In this document: in pieces, positions 9,288 to 18,636 of the stretch
Numbering within the stretch: the first letter of the stretch is position 1
Layout of the letters: each line of letters opens with the position of its first letter
Assembly: GCA_031254195.1 (NCBI GenBank)
Contig: JAIRUW010000009.1
Coordinates: forward strand, 13,906 to 77,905
Length of the DNA stretch: 64,000 bases
Origin: Oscillospiraceae bacterium
Lineage (GTDB): Bacteria > Bacillota > Clostridia > Oscillospirales > UBA929
Reading direction: 5' to 3'
Translations under genes and position numbers: made by a program
Notes under the pieces: model-generated
The model's input: the letters and a program-made list of their open reading frames with translations, nothing else
Database searches by the model: none
Told to the model about the DNA's origin: nothing

Positions 9288-10276
9288 GACACTTTTTTGT
9301 CATCAACCCGCACTCGTTTAGAACGCTGAACAGTTTGAAGCAGATACTGATGGACATTGAGAACTGTTTTTCTGTCGGGCGCAGAATGAAGTATAGGATA
9401 TACATATCACGTCACCCGCGTGACGCCATCGCCGCCGTCCACCGATACCTGCTCTCCGTCCCCTTCGACGAGACGGCGCGGGTGTATGCCGTGGGCGGCG
9501 ACGGTATTCTCTTTGACTGCCTTAACGGCATGATCAATTTTCAGAATGCCGAGCTGACCTGTGTGCCTTACGGAAACACAAACAACTATATCCGTGCCTT
9601 TGGCGGGGACGCGGTACCGGCGTTCCGTGACATCCGAAAACTCTGCGCCGCGCCTTCGCGCCCGGTGGACGTCATCCGCTGCGGCGCCAATTATGCGCTG
9701 AACGATGTGAACATCGGTTTTATAGGCCAGACCGTTGTCATTGCCAACACGCTTTTCCGGCACAAATCGTCGAATTGGGTCCGCCGTATCCCCAGCACTA
9801 TCTATTTCCTTTCCGCGCTCCGGGCGCTTTCCAACAAGCAAGCGCTGCAACAGGAGTACACGGTGGTGATGGACGGGGAGGATATATCCGGGCGCTACAG
9901 CAATATCCTTTTCTCCAACGGCGCGTGCATGGGGGGAAAGTACATCGCCAACCCGCTCGCCATGCCGGATGATGGGCGTCTTGACGCGCTTTTGGGGACT
10001 GCCAGCGGCAGGCTAAAAATCATCAGGACGATGGGGGACTATCGAAAAGGGCGGTATGCAAAGCATAAAATTTTTCTCCATAAAACATTTCAAAAAGCAG
10101 AGATCAAAAGCAGTCTGCCTCTGCTGGTCGCTTTGGATGGCGAGGCTTTTTACGCGCAGGAGGTCACAGTAGAAATCGTCCCGGGCGGCGTTAAGTTTTT
10201 CGCGCCGGAGAACATCGCGTTTGCGGACTTTTCGGACAAAGCGCGCGCAGGAAAGAAAGGCGGCGGTGACAAATGA
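9284..10276 (+). CDS. Diacylglycerol/lipid kinase family protein (DAGK-like)
   Basis: FVINP, AVGGDG, PYGNTNNY (GTGND-like), DDGRLD, LDGE motifs; ATGA overlaps with both neighbours. Confidence 0.8.
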   Translation: MRHFFVINPHSFRTLNSLKQILMDIENCFSVGRRMKYRIYISRHPRDAIAAVHRYLLSVPFDETARVYAVGGDGILFDCLNGMINFQNAELTCVPYGNTNNYIRAFGGDAVPAFRDIRKLCAAPSRPVDVIRCGANYALNDVNIGFIGQTVVIANTLFRHKSSNWVRRIPSTIYFLSALRALSNKQALQQEYTVVMDGEDISGRYSNILFSNGACMGGKYIANPLAMPDDGRLDALLGTASGRLKIIRTMGDYRKGRYAKHKIFLHKTFQKAEIKSSLPLLVALDGEAFYAQEVTVEIVPGGVKFFAPENIAFADFSDKARAGKKGGGDK

Positions 10277-12966
10277 GCAGACGGCAAAAAGACGAAACGC
10301 TGCTCCAAACAAACGGGCTGCGCTCCGAGGAAAACCTAAGGCTTGTGCGAAAGGTTTTATACGCCTCGATTGCTCTTTTTATGGTGTTTTCCGGCTTTAG
10401 CGTTGTCGAGATGCTGTTTTTCGGCAACGACATTGCGGTGAGCCGCGGCGTTATCATCGGCGGCGCGGCGTTGATGGCGGTTATATTGCTTGTCTATCTT
10501 GCCTTTCCCCACCCTGTTTTTTTCCCGCTGTTTATCGCCACGCTAACGGCAGTCGTTTTCATCGGGACGTCAATGTACACTCAAGCGATTGACTATTATT
10601 TCTTTGTCATGCTCCTCGTGGTTTGCATCCTATCCTTGATGAACAACTTTATGCTGCTGGTTATATATATCGGTATCAATCTGGCGATCGACCTGTTTGC
10701 CTTTATCGTCTTGGTTCCGCGCTTGGAATGGATCGATTCATTCCATTTTTTCAGGCAATTCATGCTGTTTATCTATGGTTCGGCATTTGTGCTTATCCAT
10801 ACCCGCAACATCACGCGCAAAGAAAGCAGCTCCGACCGCGCCCTTGCGGCCTTCTCCTCGCTCTTGCGCAGTACGCCCAACCTGATGGCCATTACCGACG
10901 CTTCGAGCAGGGTGCTGTATCTTTCCGACCAAATGGCAAAGTTCATTAAGTGCTCGAATAAGGAGTTCGCGATCGGTCAGCCGCTGATCGACTTGATTGC
11001 CGATAAGGGGCTCAAAATCATGTTTGCCGACATGCTTGACGCCGACGGCTTCTTCGAGACCGTGACGGAACTGAATATCGGCGGTGAGGAGCGGTATTTC
11101 AAGATCATCGCCGACAAGCTGACCGGCGATATAGAGGGTGTGTTTATAGACATCGCCGACATCACGCCGACCGTGAAGAGCAATCTCGCCATGATGGAGG
11201 CGCAAGTGGCTGCGGAGGAGGCAAACAGGAGCAAGTCGAACTTCCTTGCCACCATGTCCCATGAGATTCGCACCCCGATGAACGCCATCATCGGCATTAC
11301 GCAGATTCAGATGCAAAAAGAGGATCTGCCGGCCGAGTACGCCTTGGCTATGGAGAAAATATATAGTTCCGGCAACAACCTTTTGGGGCTGATCAACGAT
11401 ATTTTGGACATGTCGAGGATCGAGACGGGCAAGCTGGAGCTCCAGCCTACAGAGTATGACCTGCCTAGCCTGATCAATGATACGGTGCACTTAAATATCG
11501 TGCGGATTGGTTCCAAACAGATTCAGTTTATGCTGGAAGTCGATGAAACCCTGCCGGTAAGGCTTATTGGCGATGAGATGCGGTTGAAGCAGATTCTAAA
11601 CAACCTGCTTTCCAACGGCATCAAGTATACCGACCAAGGCCATGTGAAGCTGTCGGTGAGCCATTCGGCGGAGGGGGACGAGGCGGCGCTGCGGCTGGTC
11701 ATCGAGGATACGGGACAGGGCATGACGCCCGAGGACATGGAGAAGCTCTTTACAGAGTATTCACGTTTCAATGCTAGGCTTAACCGGGCGACCGAAGGGG
11801 CGGGCCTTGGCTTGAATATCACCAAGAAGCTGGTGGAGCTGATGGACGGCACCATCCAGGTGGAAAGCGAATATGACAAAGGCACCGTGTTTACGGTGGA
11901 AGTAAAACAAAAGGCCGTCGCGTGCGACGCAATTGGCGCCGAGCTCGTTGAGAAGCTGCGCAGCTTCACATACACAGGCGAAAAGCAAATCTCCAAGCTG
12001 CAAATCACCCGTACGCCTATGCCGTACGGGAAGGTGCTGATTGTGGACGATGTGGAGACAAACCTATATGTCGCGGAAGGGTTGATGGCGCCTTATAAAC
12101 TGAAAATCGAAACGGCAAGCGGCGGTTTAGAGGCAATCCGCTTGATCGAGAGCGGTAACCTCTATGATGTGATTTTCATGGACCACATGATGCCGCAGAT
12201 GGACGGCATTGAAGCCGTGCAAAAGATCCGCGCACTAGGGTATACGGGCGCTATCGTGGCGCTGACGGCGAACGCGCTGGCGGGCAACGACGTGATGTTC
12301 GCGCAAAACGGGTTTGACAGCTTCATCCCCAAGCCCATCGACGTTAGGCATCTGAACGCGCTCCTCAACCAGTTTGTCCGCGACAAGTATCCCGAGGAAG
12401 CTAAAAAATACAAGCCCGAAACAGAGACGCCGGTAAAGCCGGTCGATATAAACCCCAAGCTAATCCAAATCTTCTGCTGCGACGCGGAAAAGGCGGTCGC
12501 CGCCTTGCGGCAAACCGTGGCGGATGGCGATCTAAAGCTGTTTACGATTACTGTCCACGCCATGAAGTCCGCGCTGGCCAATATCGAAGAACATGATATA
12601 TCCGCGCAGGCGCACGAGCTGGAGAAGGCCGGGAGGAGCGGCAATTGGAGGTTTATCATCGCCAATACGGAACGTTTTATCGATACGCTCGAGGCCTTAA
12701 CTAAAAAATTAAGCCCGGCGGACGCAACCGCCGGGGCTAATGAAAATATCAAAGAAGACACGGCTTATCTGGCAGAGCAGCTGCAAATTGTCAGAGACGC
12801 CTGCGAAGAATACGACGACACGGCGGCTTACGCCGCGCTTGAACGGCTGATGGAAAAGCCTTGGAAGAAAGAAACCGCCGCCGCGCTTGAGCAAATCCGT
12901 AACACGCTGTTTTTGCACAGCGACTTCGACGGCGCGGCGGAAAAGGCCGGATCGCTTATAGAGTAA
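10273..12966 (+). CDS. Membrane hybrid sensor histidine kinase (multi-TM, PAS-like, HisKA, HATPase, REC, Hpt)
   Basis: 5-6 hydrophobic segments; [34 protein letters not shown]; receiver MDHMMP; Hpt VHAMKS. Confidence 0.92.
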   Translation: MSRRQKDETLLQTNGLRSEENLRLVRKVLYASIALFMVFSGFSVVEMLFFGNDIAVSRGVIIGGAALMAVILLVYLAFPHPVFFPLFIATLTAVVFIGTSMYTQAIDYYFFVMLLVVCILSLMNNFMLLVIYIGINLAIDLFAFIVLVPRLEWIDSFHFFRQFMLFIYGSAFVLIHTRNITRKESSSDRALAAFSSLLRSTPNLMAITDASSRVLYLSDQMAKFIKCSNKEFAIGQPLIDLIADKGLKIMFADMLDADGFFETVTELNIGGEERYFKIIADKLTGDIEGVFIDIADITPTVKSNLAMMEAQVAAEEANRSKSNFLATMSHEIRTPMNAIIGITQIQMQKEDLPAEYALAMEKIYSSGNNLLGLINDILDMSRIETGKLELQPTEYDLPSLINDTVHLNIVRIGSKQIQFMLEVDETLPVRLIGDEMRLKQILNNLLSNGIKYTDQGHVKLSVSHSAEGDEAALRLVIEDTGQGMTPEDMEKLFTEYSRFNARLNRATEGAGLGLNITKKLVELMDGTIQVESEYDKGTVFTVEVKQKAVACDAIGAELVEKLRSFTYTGEKQISKLQITRTPMPYGKVLIVDDVETNLYVAEGLMAPYKLKIETASGGLEAIRLIESGNLYDVIFMDHMMPQMDGIEAVQKIRALGYTGAIVALTANALAGNDVMFAQNGFDSFIPKPIDVRHLNALLNQFVRDKYPEEAKKYKPETETPVKPVDINPKLIQIFCCDAEKAVAALRQTVADGDLKLFTITVHAMKSALANIEEHDISAQAHELEKAGRSGNWRFIIANTERFIDTLEALTKKLSPADATAGANENIKEDTAYLAEQLQIVRDACEEYDDTAAYAALERLMEKPWKKETAAALEQIRNTLFLHSDFDGAAEKAGSLIE

Positions 12967-12977
12967 CAAGGCTTATG

Positions 12978-13469
12978 CTATGCGGTAATCAAGCTCATTA
13001 AATAATCATCCTGCACCTTTAACGCTTCTTTTACTGCTGATATACTGTCCGCGGAGATGTTGCTGACACTAAAGGCAGGTATATCAATAACCGTGCTGCA
13101 AATCACATATTCTTTGCCATCCGGGAGCGTATATTTACTCCCCCATGTACCTTCGCACCGCGCACAATGATTGTATTCTCTCGTTATACAGGGCTTTCTT
13201 CTGTGTTCGACGGCTTCTTCAAATATGCCTGTACATACCGGTAAAGCGTCAAACCTCACCGCTAAACGGGGTTGCCCGTTGGTATCGATTTTCATAACTG
13301 TTCTTCTGTTTTTGCTTTTCACAAAATCTGCGTATGTTTCTCCTGGGTTTAACTTTGGATTATATCCCAAAGACATAGCATATTCGGCAACCTCACGGTA
13401 AGCCTCCCGATAATCATCAGGTAACGCGAATAGTATTTTTTGCAAGTTGATTTTTTGTTTCTCTGTCAT
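12978..13469 (-). CDS. Hypothetical protein with Cys cluster
   Basis: 163-aa ORF with GGAGG-like RBS; C...CARC...C; visibly AT-richer than flanks. Confidence 0.7.
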   Translation of the reverse strand: MTEKQKINLQKILFALPDDYREAYREVAEYAMSLGYNPKLNPGETYADFVKSKNRRTVMKIDTNGQPRLAVRFDALPVCTGIFEEAVEHRRKPCITREYNHCARCEGTWGSKYTLPDGKEYVICSTVIDIPAFSVSNISADSISAVKEALKVQDDYLMSLITA

Positions 13470-13507
13470 GAATATACCCTCCGTACTGTATTTTGCTCAT
13501 TGCCAGA

Positions 13508-14743
13508 CTACCAGTGTTTCAGCACATCCGTTATGATGCCAAGCGCCTGCTGTTCCAGCTGTTTACAGGTTGTCAGCGCATCGGCAAATCGGAGGCGCGT
13601 TTCTTTCGGCCATGCCTCAAATGGGTAACCGTCTTGAAAGGAAGCAATAAACTCGTTTGGCAGCACAGTGCCCAAAGCGGAGACAATGCCGGAGTATAGC
13701 TCGGCGACATCGCGCATTTTGCGGGCATTTATGGCGGACAGGTATTGCGATTTCTCCGCCCAAAATGAATGTGCGGCGCGGCGCGCGTCGATTAACCGGG
13801 TCAAAAGGATGATACCGTTTCCGGTCGTTCCATACTGTGTAATGGCGGCAAAGTCCGCGGCATCACGCCGAAGGCCGTTTATCAGTATATCGTAGGCATC
13901 TATGCCAAACAAATAGTGCCCATTGTGCCGGGGCTTGGCTGTATAGAGGCTCCGGGCAGTTTCCAGAGATGCCTTTAGCGATTCGATTAGGGGTAACGGA
14001 GCCGTTCGGCCGCTTAGAGCATATATCAGGCTGGGGTCTGCTCCCGGGTATTTGTCGGCCAAGAAATAATGATTGTCGGTAAAAATATCCTTTTCGTCAG
14101 GTTTCAGATGATCAAAATAACTGCGCCCATAGAATCGCCCGTCTCCGGTGTAACCGCACAGTACGCCCCATTCCATCTCAACTCTCGGCTCAATCAGCAT
14201 GACCGGCATTCCACGACTGATTGCTTCCCTGATTTTACAATCTCGATCCTCGGAAGCGAGATTTACACCCTCGACGCCGACCGCTTTTTCAAGAGGTATG
14301 TTCGGGTTGTATTCGATTTGGGGCATAGCGGCCGAGGGGCACCAATTCGGAGTCATGGCGAAGTAATAACATGTGCCTGAAAACCCCATGATCTCAGGGT
14401 ATGTCACGTTGACGCCGATTGCATCCAGCAACAGCTTGACCGAACCGGCCCAAGTGCAATCGCGCGATTGACCCCATTGTAACAGCGGAAGGCCGTCGAT
14501 ATAGTGGCCTCCTTGATGCAGTTTAACAGGGTAGGTTTCAGGAATTAAGATAGAGTCAATAGAAACGCCCAATATTTTTGATATAGCTGGCAGCAAAATA
14601 GTTTCGGGAAGATTCTTTCCGGTTTCCCATTTTGAGACAGCCTGTGGTGATACATCGAGAAGCTCAGCAAATCGTTCGCCCGTTAATCCGCGCCCTTTTC
14701 GCAGCTTCGCAATGCGCTCACCGATTTTCTTCGTATCATTCAT
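13508..14743 (-). CDS. XRE-family HTH regulator fused to a papain-like (C39/BtrH-N-like) domain
   Basis: N-terminal IAKLRK...LTGERFAELLDVSPQAVSKWETG HTH; downstream QSRDCTWAGS...GFSG and WGVLCGY segments. Confidence 0.75.
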   Translation of the reverse strand: MNDTKKIGERIAKLRKGRGLTGERFAELLDVSPQAVSKWETGKNLPETILLPAISKILGVSIDSILIPETYPVKLHQGGHYIDGLPLLQWGQSRDCTWAGSVKLLLDAIGVNVTYPEIMGFSGTCYYFAMTPNWCPSAAMPQIEYNPNIPLEKAVGVEGVNLASEDRDCKIREAISRGMPVMLIEPRVEMEWGVLCGYTGDGRFYGRSYFDHLKPDEKDIFTDNHYFLADKYPGADPSLIYALSGRTAPLPLIESLKASLETARSLYTAKPRHNGHYLFGIDAYDILINGLRRDAADFAAITQYGTTGNGIILLTRLIDARRAAHSFWAEKSQYLSAINARKMRDVAELYSGIVSALGTVLPNEFIASFQDGYPFEAWPKETRLRFADALTTCKQLEQQALGIITDVLKHW

Positions 14744-14825
14744 ACCTTCATCTCCTTGGACTTTATTGTACTTCTATTTTACCAGGGCATCTGCTGAAAA
14801 TCCATACATCTTACTTTAGGCAATC

Positions 14826-14842
14826 ATCAACCTTGGGTTGAT
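14826..14842. promoter_or_regulatory. Palindromic putative operator upstream of the XRE gene
   Basis: ATCAACC-TTG-GGTTGAT perfect 7-3-7 inverted repeat in the divergent XRE/pyk intergenic region. Confidence 0.5.
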
Positions 14843-14926
14843 TTTTAGCATAAACAAGGCATTAAATATGAAGTAACGATTGCATTTTTCATCTATCGGC
14901 TGTATACTGTTGGGGAGGTGAGCTTT

Positions 14927-16351
14927 ATGCGGAAAACAAAGATTATTTGCACCATAGGGCCGGCGTCGGAATCGACGGAGATGTTGCAGAGGCTAATCCG
15001 GGCGGGCATGAGTGTCGCCAGGCTGAACTTTTCGCACGGCAGTCATGAGAACAAGGCTGATATGATCGAAAAGCTGTGCGCTCTGCGCGACCAACTGCAA
15101 GTACCGCTGGCATTGTTGGCGGACACCAAGGGGCCTGAGATCCGGCTGGGGGTCATCCCCGACGGGCCGGTGGAACTGTCGGAAGGACAGACGTTTACCC
15201 TGACCACCACCGAGTGCGACGGCGACCGGTCCCGTGTCTATGTCAACTATGCCGGACTGCCTGCCGACGTCTCCGTCGGGGGGCACATCCTCATTGACGA
15301 CGGCTTGATCGAGCTGCGCGTGGACGCCAAAACAGACACGGACGTTACCTGCACTGTGCTGAACGGCGGGCAGGTCTCGTCACGCAAGGGCGTGAACGTG
15401 CCGGGGGTCAAGCTATGCCTGCCATATATCTCCTCGCAGGACCGGGTGGACCTGCGGTTTATCGCGTCGCATCCGTTTTCATATGTAGCCGCTTCGTTTA
15501 CCCGCAGTGCCGACGATATACATGACATACGGGAGGAACTTCGGCGGCACGGTAGCAAAAACTTGAAGATTATCGCGAAAATTGAAAATGCCGAAGGGCT
15601 GCAAAATATTGACGCCATTATGGAAGCCGCCGACGGCATCATGGTCGCACGCGGCGATTTAGGCGTGGAGGTCCCGCTGGAGGAGCTGCCCGTCCTGCAA
15701 AAGCAGCTGATCAAAAACGCGTTCGGGCGCGGGAAGCCGGTCATTACCGCCACACAGATGCTGGAGTCCATGGTGCAAAAACCCCGTCCCACCCGCGCCG
15801 AGACGTCTGACGTCGCCAACGCCGTATATGACGGCACCTCGGCCATCATGCTGTCCGGCGAGACGGCGATGGGGGCGTATCCGATCGAGGCGTGCACCCA
15901 TATGGCGAGTATTGCCGAACGGACGGAACGTGATATTGATTATCAAAAGCGGTTTTTATCCCGTGAGCACTCGCGGGAGAGCACCATTACAAACGCGGTC
16001 GCCCGCGCTGCCGTGACGACGGCGCATGACCTGAACTGCCAAGCCATTCTCACAATGACGACGTCCGGCAAGACCGCGCGGCATATTGCCAAGTTCCGTC
16101 CCGCGCTGCCGATTATCGCCTGTACACCGTCGGAGGAAACGTATCATCAGCTGGCCCTCATCTGGGGCGTGGTCCCCCTGATGGTCCCCGAGTGCGACAG
16201 CACAGACGACCTGACGGCATTGTCCTCTTCAGCGGCACTCAAAGCGCGCCTGCTGCGCGACGGAGACATGACCGTTATTACCGCCGGCATCCCGCTGGGC
16301 CAGTCAGGCGCCACAAATCTGCTCAAGGTCAAGGTAGTGGGCGAATCGTAG
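14927..16351 (+). CDS. pyk: Pyruvate kinase
   Basis: RKTKIICTIGPAS, DTKGPEIR, KIEN, MVARGDLGVE, TQMLESM, MLSGETA; GGAGGTGA RBS before ATG 14927; TTGCAT-17-TATACT promoter upstream. Confidence 0.97.
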   Translation: MRKTKIICTIGPASESTEMLQRLIRAGMSVARLNFSHGSHENKADMIEKLCALRDQLQVPLALLADTKGPEIRLGVIPDGPVELSEGQTFTLTTTECDGDRSRVYVNYAGLPADVSVGGHILIDDGLIELRVDAKTDTDVTCTVLNGGQVSSRKGVNVPGVKLCLPYISSQDRVDLRFIASHPFSYVAASFTRSADDIHDIREELRRHGSKNLKIIAKIENAEGLQNIDAIMEAADGIMVARGDLGVEVPLEELPVLQKQLIKNAFGRGKPVITATQMLESMVQKPRPTRAETSDVANAVYDGTSAIMLSGETAMGAYPIEACTHMASIAERTERDIDYQKRFLSREHSRESTITNAVARAAVTTAHDLNCQAILTMTTSGKTARHIAKFRPALPIIACTPSEETYHQLALIWGVVPLMVPECDSTDDLTALSSSAALKARLLRDGDMTVITAGIPLGQSGATNLLKVKVVGES

Positions 16352-16368
16352 ACATTACGGATAGCGCA

Positions 16369-16402
16369 AAAACCCGCGAGGCCGGTATGCCTCGCGGGTT
16401 TT
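16369..16402. terminator. Bidirectional intrinsic terminator between pyk and the hydrogenase-like gene
   Basis: AAAACCCGCGAGGC / GCCTCGCGGGTTTT inverted repeat between convergent genes. Confidence 0.85.
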
Positions 16403-16426
16403 AAGCGCTGATAGGCCTTGCCGCTG

Positions 16427-18160
16427 TCAGTCAAAGGTTTTCAGGGTATTGCCCAGGCTTTGGTCGATGACGGAAATGCTTATATAGGATTTATCGATAT
16501 TCTCCATAATCGTTTCGACCATACTTGTCACGGTCGCGATTGACTCTGCTGCCAAACCTGAGATCACCGCAGACTCCGAAACCGTGGTCTTTGTTTTGTG
16601 GGCCAGGCTGCGGATTTCCTGCGCGACCACGGCGAAGGTCTTTCCATGCTCGCCCGCCCGCGCTGCCTCGACCGACGCGTTTAGTGAGATGAGGTTGATA
16701 TACGTTGATATGGAGAGGATGTCGGCGGATATAGACTGATACCTCTCTATTACATCGTTGAGGGTGGCAATCGCGGTGTTGATCTCCGCCGACTTGCTCT
16801 TGATGTCGGACATATCCTCCGTGAGAAGGTTGATGCTGTTCATATTGGATGTCGCTATGCTTAAAATTGTCTTCTGCTTCTCAATGACGTCGTCACGCAG
16901 CATCTTTAAGCAGTTGGTCGGGGTGTCGAAGCCCATGGCAATCCTTTTTGCCATATCGTAACAGGAATTGGAGCCGCACGCGCCGCAATCGAATTTCCTG
17001 TTGGTTTCGTCATCTTTGTTCAATGCCATAAAAGCCTTTTCTATCGCTTGTTCCGATGCGGCATACCGCTTGCTGATCTTTGGCTGGTAGGCCCTAAGAA
17101 AATCATCCAGCTTCAGCGTCTGGTCGTATTCATGAAAGAGCTGCTCATATTGGTCGCGGTCAAACGCGCGCAATACGCTCTGCCGGTTTTTATCCATGAT
17201 GTTGCTCATCTCAAACCTGGTATGGTCATGGTCTATACCGGTGCCAATATTGCAGCCCTCCGCGCAGTTCAGAACGTCGAATACGGCGGGGAGGTTGTCC
17301 AGCCTCTCCTTTGCAAACGCTTTCAGCGATTCATATACATGCTCGCCTTCCGCCTGATCCACGCGCAGCCTTTTGCCGAAGTAGAACTCCACATTTTCCT
17401 TCAGCCCGCCCGGCATGGAGTATAAGCGCCCCAAGGCCGATTCGGGGTGGTCAAACCCGGTGGACTCTGCCGGGAGCTGGATGCCGTTCTCCTGTATATA
17501 TTGATAGATTTTTCTTAGCGTTACGTTGTACTTTACAAATCCGGTCTCCTCAAACTCGTTAGACTTCGCGACACAGGGAGAGAGGGCCGCGATGCTGTCG
17601 TTTACATGGCAGTACCGGTTCATGTAAATGGCGGTGCAGAGCATCGGGCTGTGCACCGGCGACAGATATTTCAGCAGGCCGTGCTCATGGTACTGGATGT
17701 AGTTGACGATGGCGGGGCAGGGTTGCGTAATCACAGACCTCGGTTTTTCCTTCTCAATTAGGCGGATGTGGGCCCATGTGCAGATGTCCGCGCCAAGCGA
17801 TACGTCATACATCTTTTTAACGCCGAGATTTTTCAGCCACGTGAGAAGCCGCCCGCTATCCGCGCCGGTCATGCGGTTGGCAGGCGCGACAATCATGGAG
17901 ATAGACGCTCCGTTTTTTAGGTCGTTGATAAAGCGTTCCGTGTCGTCTATGTAATCCCTTACATCGTGATGGCATGTCTCAATACACGACCCACAGGCGA
18001 TGCACCTGTCCCCGTCAACCAGTACCTTGAGCTGGTCATCCATCGTGGTGACATAGGACGCTCCTTCGACGGGACATGCGCGTATGCAACGGTTGCACCC
18101 CACACAGTTTTCCATTACGCTGGTAATGAGCTTTTGCATACGTATCGTCTCCTTATTCAA
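16427..18160 (-). CDS. [FeFe]-hydrogenase-like H-domain protein fused to a methyl-accepting chemotaxis signalling domain (sensory group C type)
   Basis: 2x[4Fe-4S] (CVGCNRCIRACP, CIACGSCIETC); H-cluster-like motifs TQPCP, SPCVAKSNE, DVLNCAEGC; CGACGSNSC Fe-S motif; MCP core LNASVEAARAGEHGKTFAVVAQEIRSLA. Confidence 0.88.
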   Translation of the reverse strand: MNKETIRMQKLITSVMENCVGCNRCIRACPVEGASYVTTMDDQLKVLVDGDRCIACGSCIETCHHDVRDYIDDTERFINDLKNGASISMIVAPANRMTGADSGRLLTWLKNLGVKKMYDVSLGADICTWAHIRLIEKEKPRSVITQPCPAIVNYIQYHEHGLLKYLSPVHSPMLCTAIYMNRYCHVNDSIAALSPCVAKSNEFEETGFVKYNVTLRKIYQYIQENGIQLPAESTGFDHPESALGRLYSMPGGLKENVEFYFGKRLRVDQAEGEHVYESLKAFAKERLDNLPAVFDVLNCAEGCNIGTGIDHDHTRFEMSNIMDKNRQSVLRAFDRDQYEQLFHEYDQTLKLDDFLRAYQPKISKRYAASEQAIEKAFMALNKDDETNRKFDCGACGSNSCYDMAKRIAMGFDTPTNCLKMLRDDVIEKQKTILSIATSNMNSINLLTEDMSDIKSKSAEINTAIATLNDVIERYQSISADILSISTYINLISLNASVEAARAGEHGKTFAVVAQEIRSLAHKTKTTVSESAVISGLAAESIATVTSMVETIMENIDKSYISISVIDQSLGNTLKTFD

Positions 18161-18187
18161 TTATGAAGGAAATTACGGCGCCGACGT

Positions 18188-18562
18188 CTATACGCGGGAT
18201 TTCAGGTGCTTGTCAATGCGTTGGCGGAGAACGGTAAAGTCGATCGGTTTGCAAATATAGTCGTTCGCGCCCCGGTCCCTCATTTCCATTTCCATCCTCT
18301 CGTTTGTGACGCCGGTCAGGAAGATGACGGGTATGCCGCTGTTTTTCTTATCGCCGCGGATACCCATCAATACCTCGTATCCCGTCATAGTGGGCATGTC
18401 ATAGTCAAGCAGCACCAAATCCGCGGGGTTCTCCGACATATACGTCAGCGCGTCTTTCCCCTCCGTAAATGTATGGATGTCATACGTACCGCTCAGCATG
18501 GATGCTATTAGATTGCACATCACTTTCTGATCGTCTACCGCTATGATGATGGGTTTGCTCAT
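18188..18562 (-). CDS. Single-domain response regulator
   Basis: AVDD...LLDYDMP...FLT...KP; 124 aa. Confidence 0.9.
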   Translation of the reverse strand: MSKPIIIAVDDQKVMCNLIASMLSGTYDIHTFTEGKDALTYMSENPADLVLLDYDMPTMTGYEVLMGIRGDKKNSGIPVIFLTGVTNERMEMEMRDRGANDYICKPIDFTVLRQRIDKHLKSRV

Positions 18563-18592
18563 CTTGGCCGCCCCCTTTCTTTATTCCGTATA

Positions 18593-18620
18593 ATTATAAC
18601 ATATTTTGCAGTGTTTTCAA
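18593..18620 (-). promoter_or_regulatory. Sigma-A promoter for the receiver and hydrogenase-MCP genes
   Basis: Minus strand TTGAAA-16-TATAAT with extended TG. Confidence 0.6.
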
Positions 18621-18636
18621 TACCCGCATCTTATCA

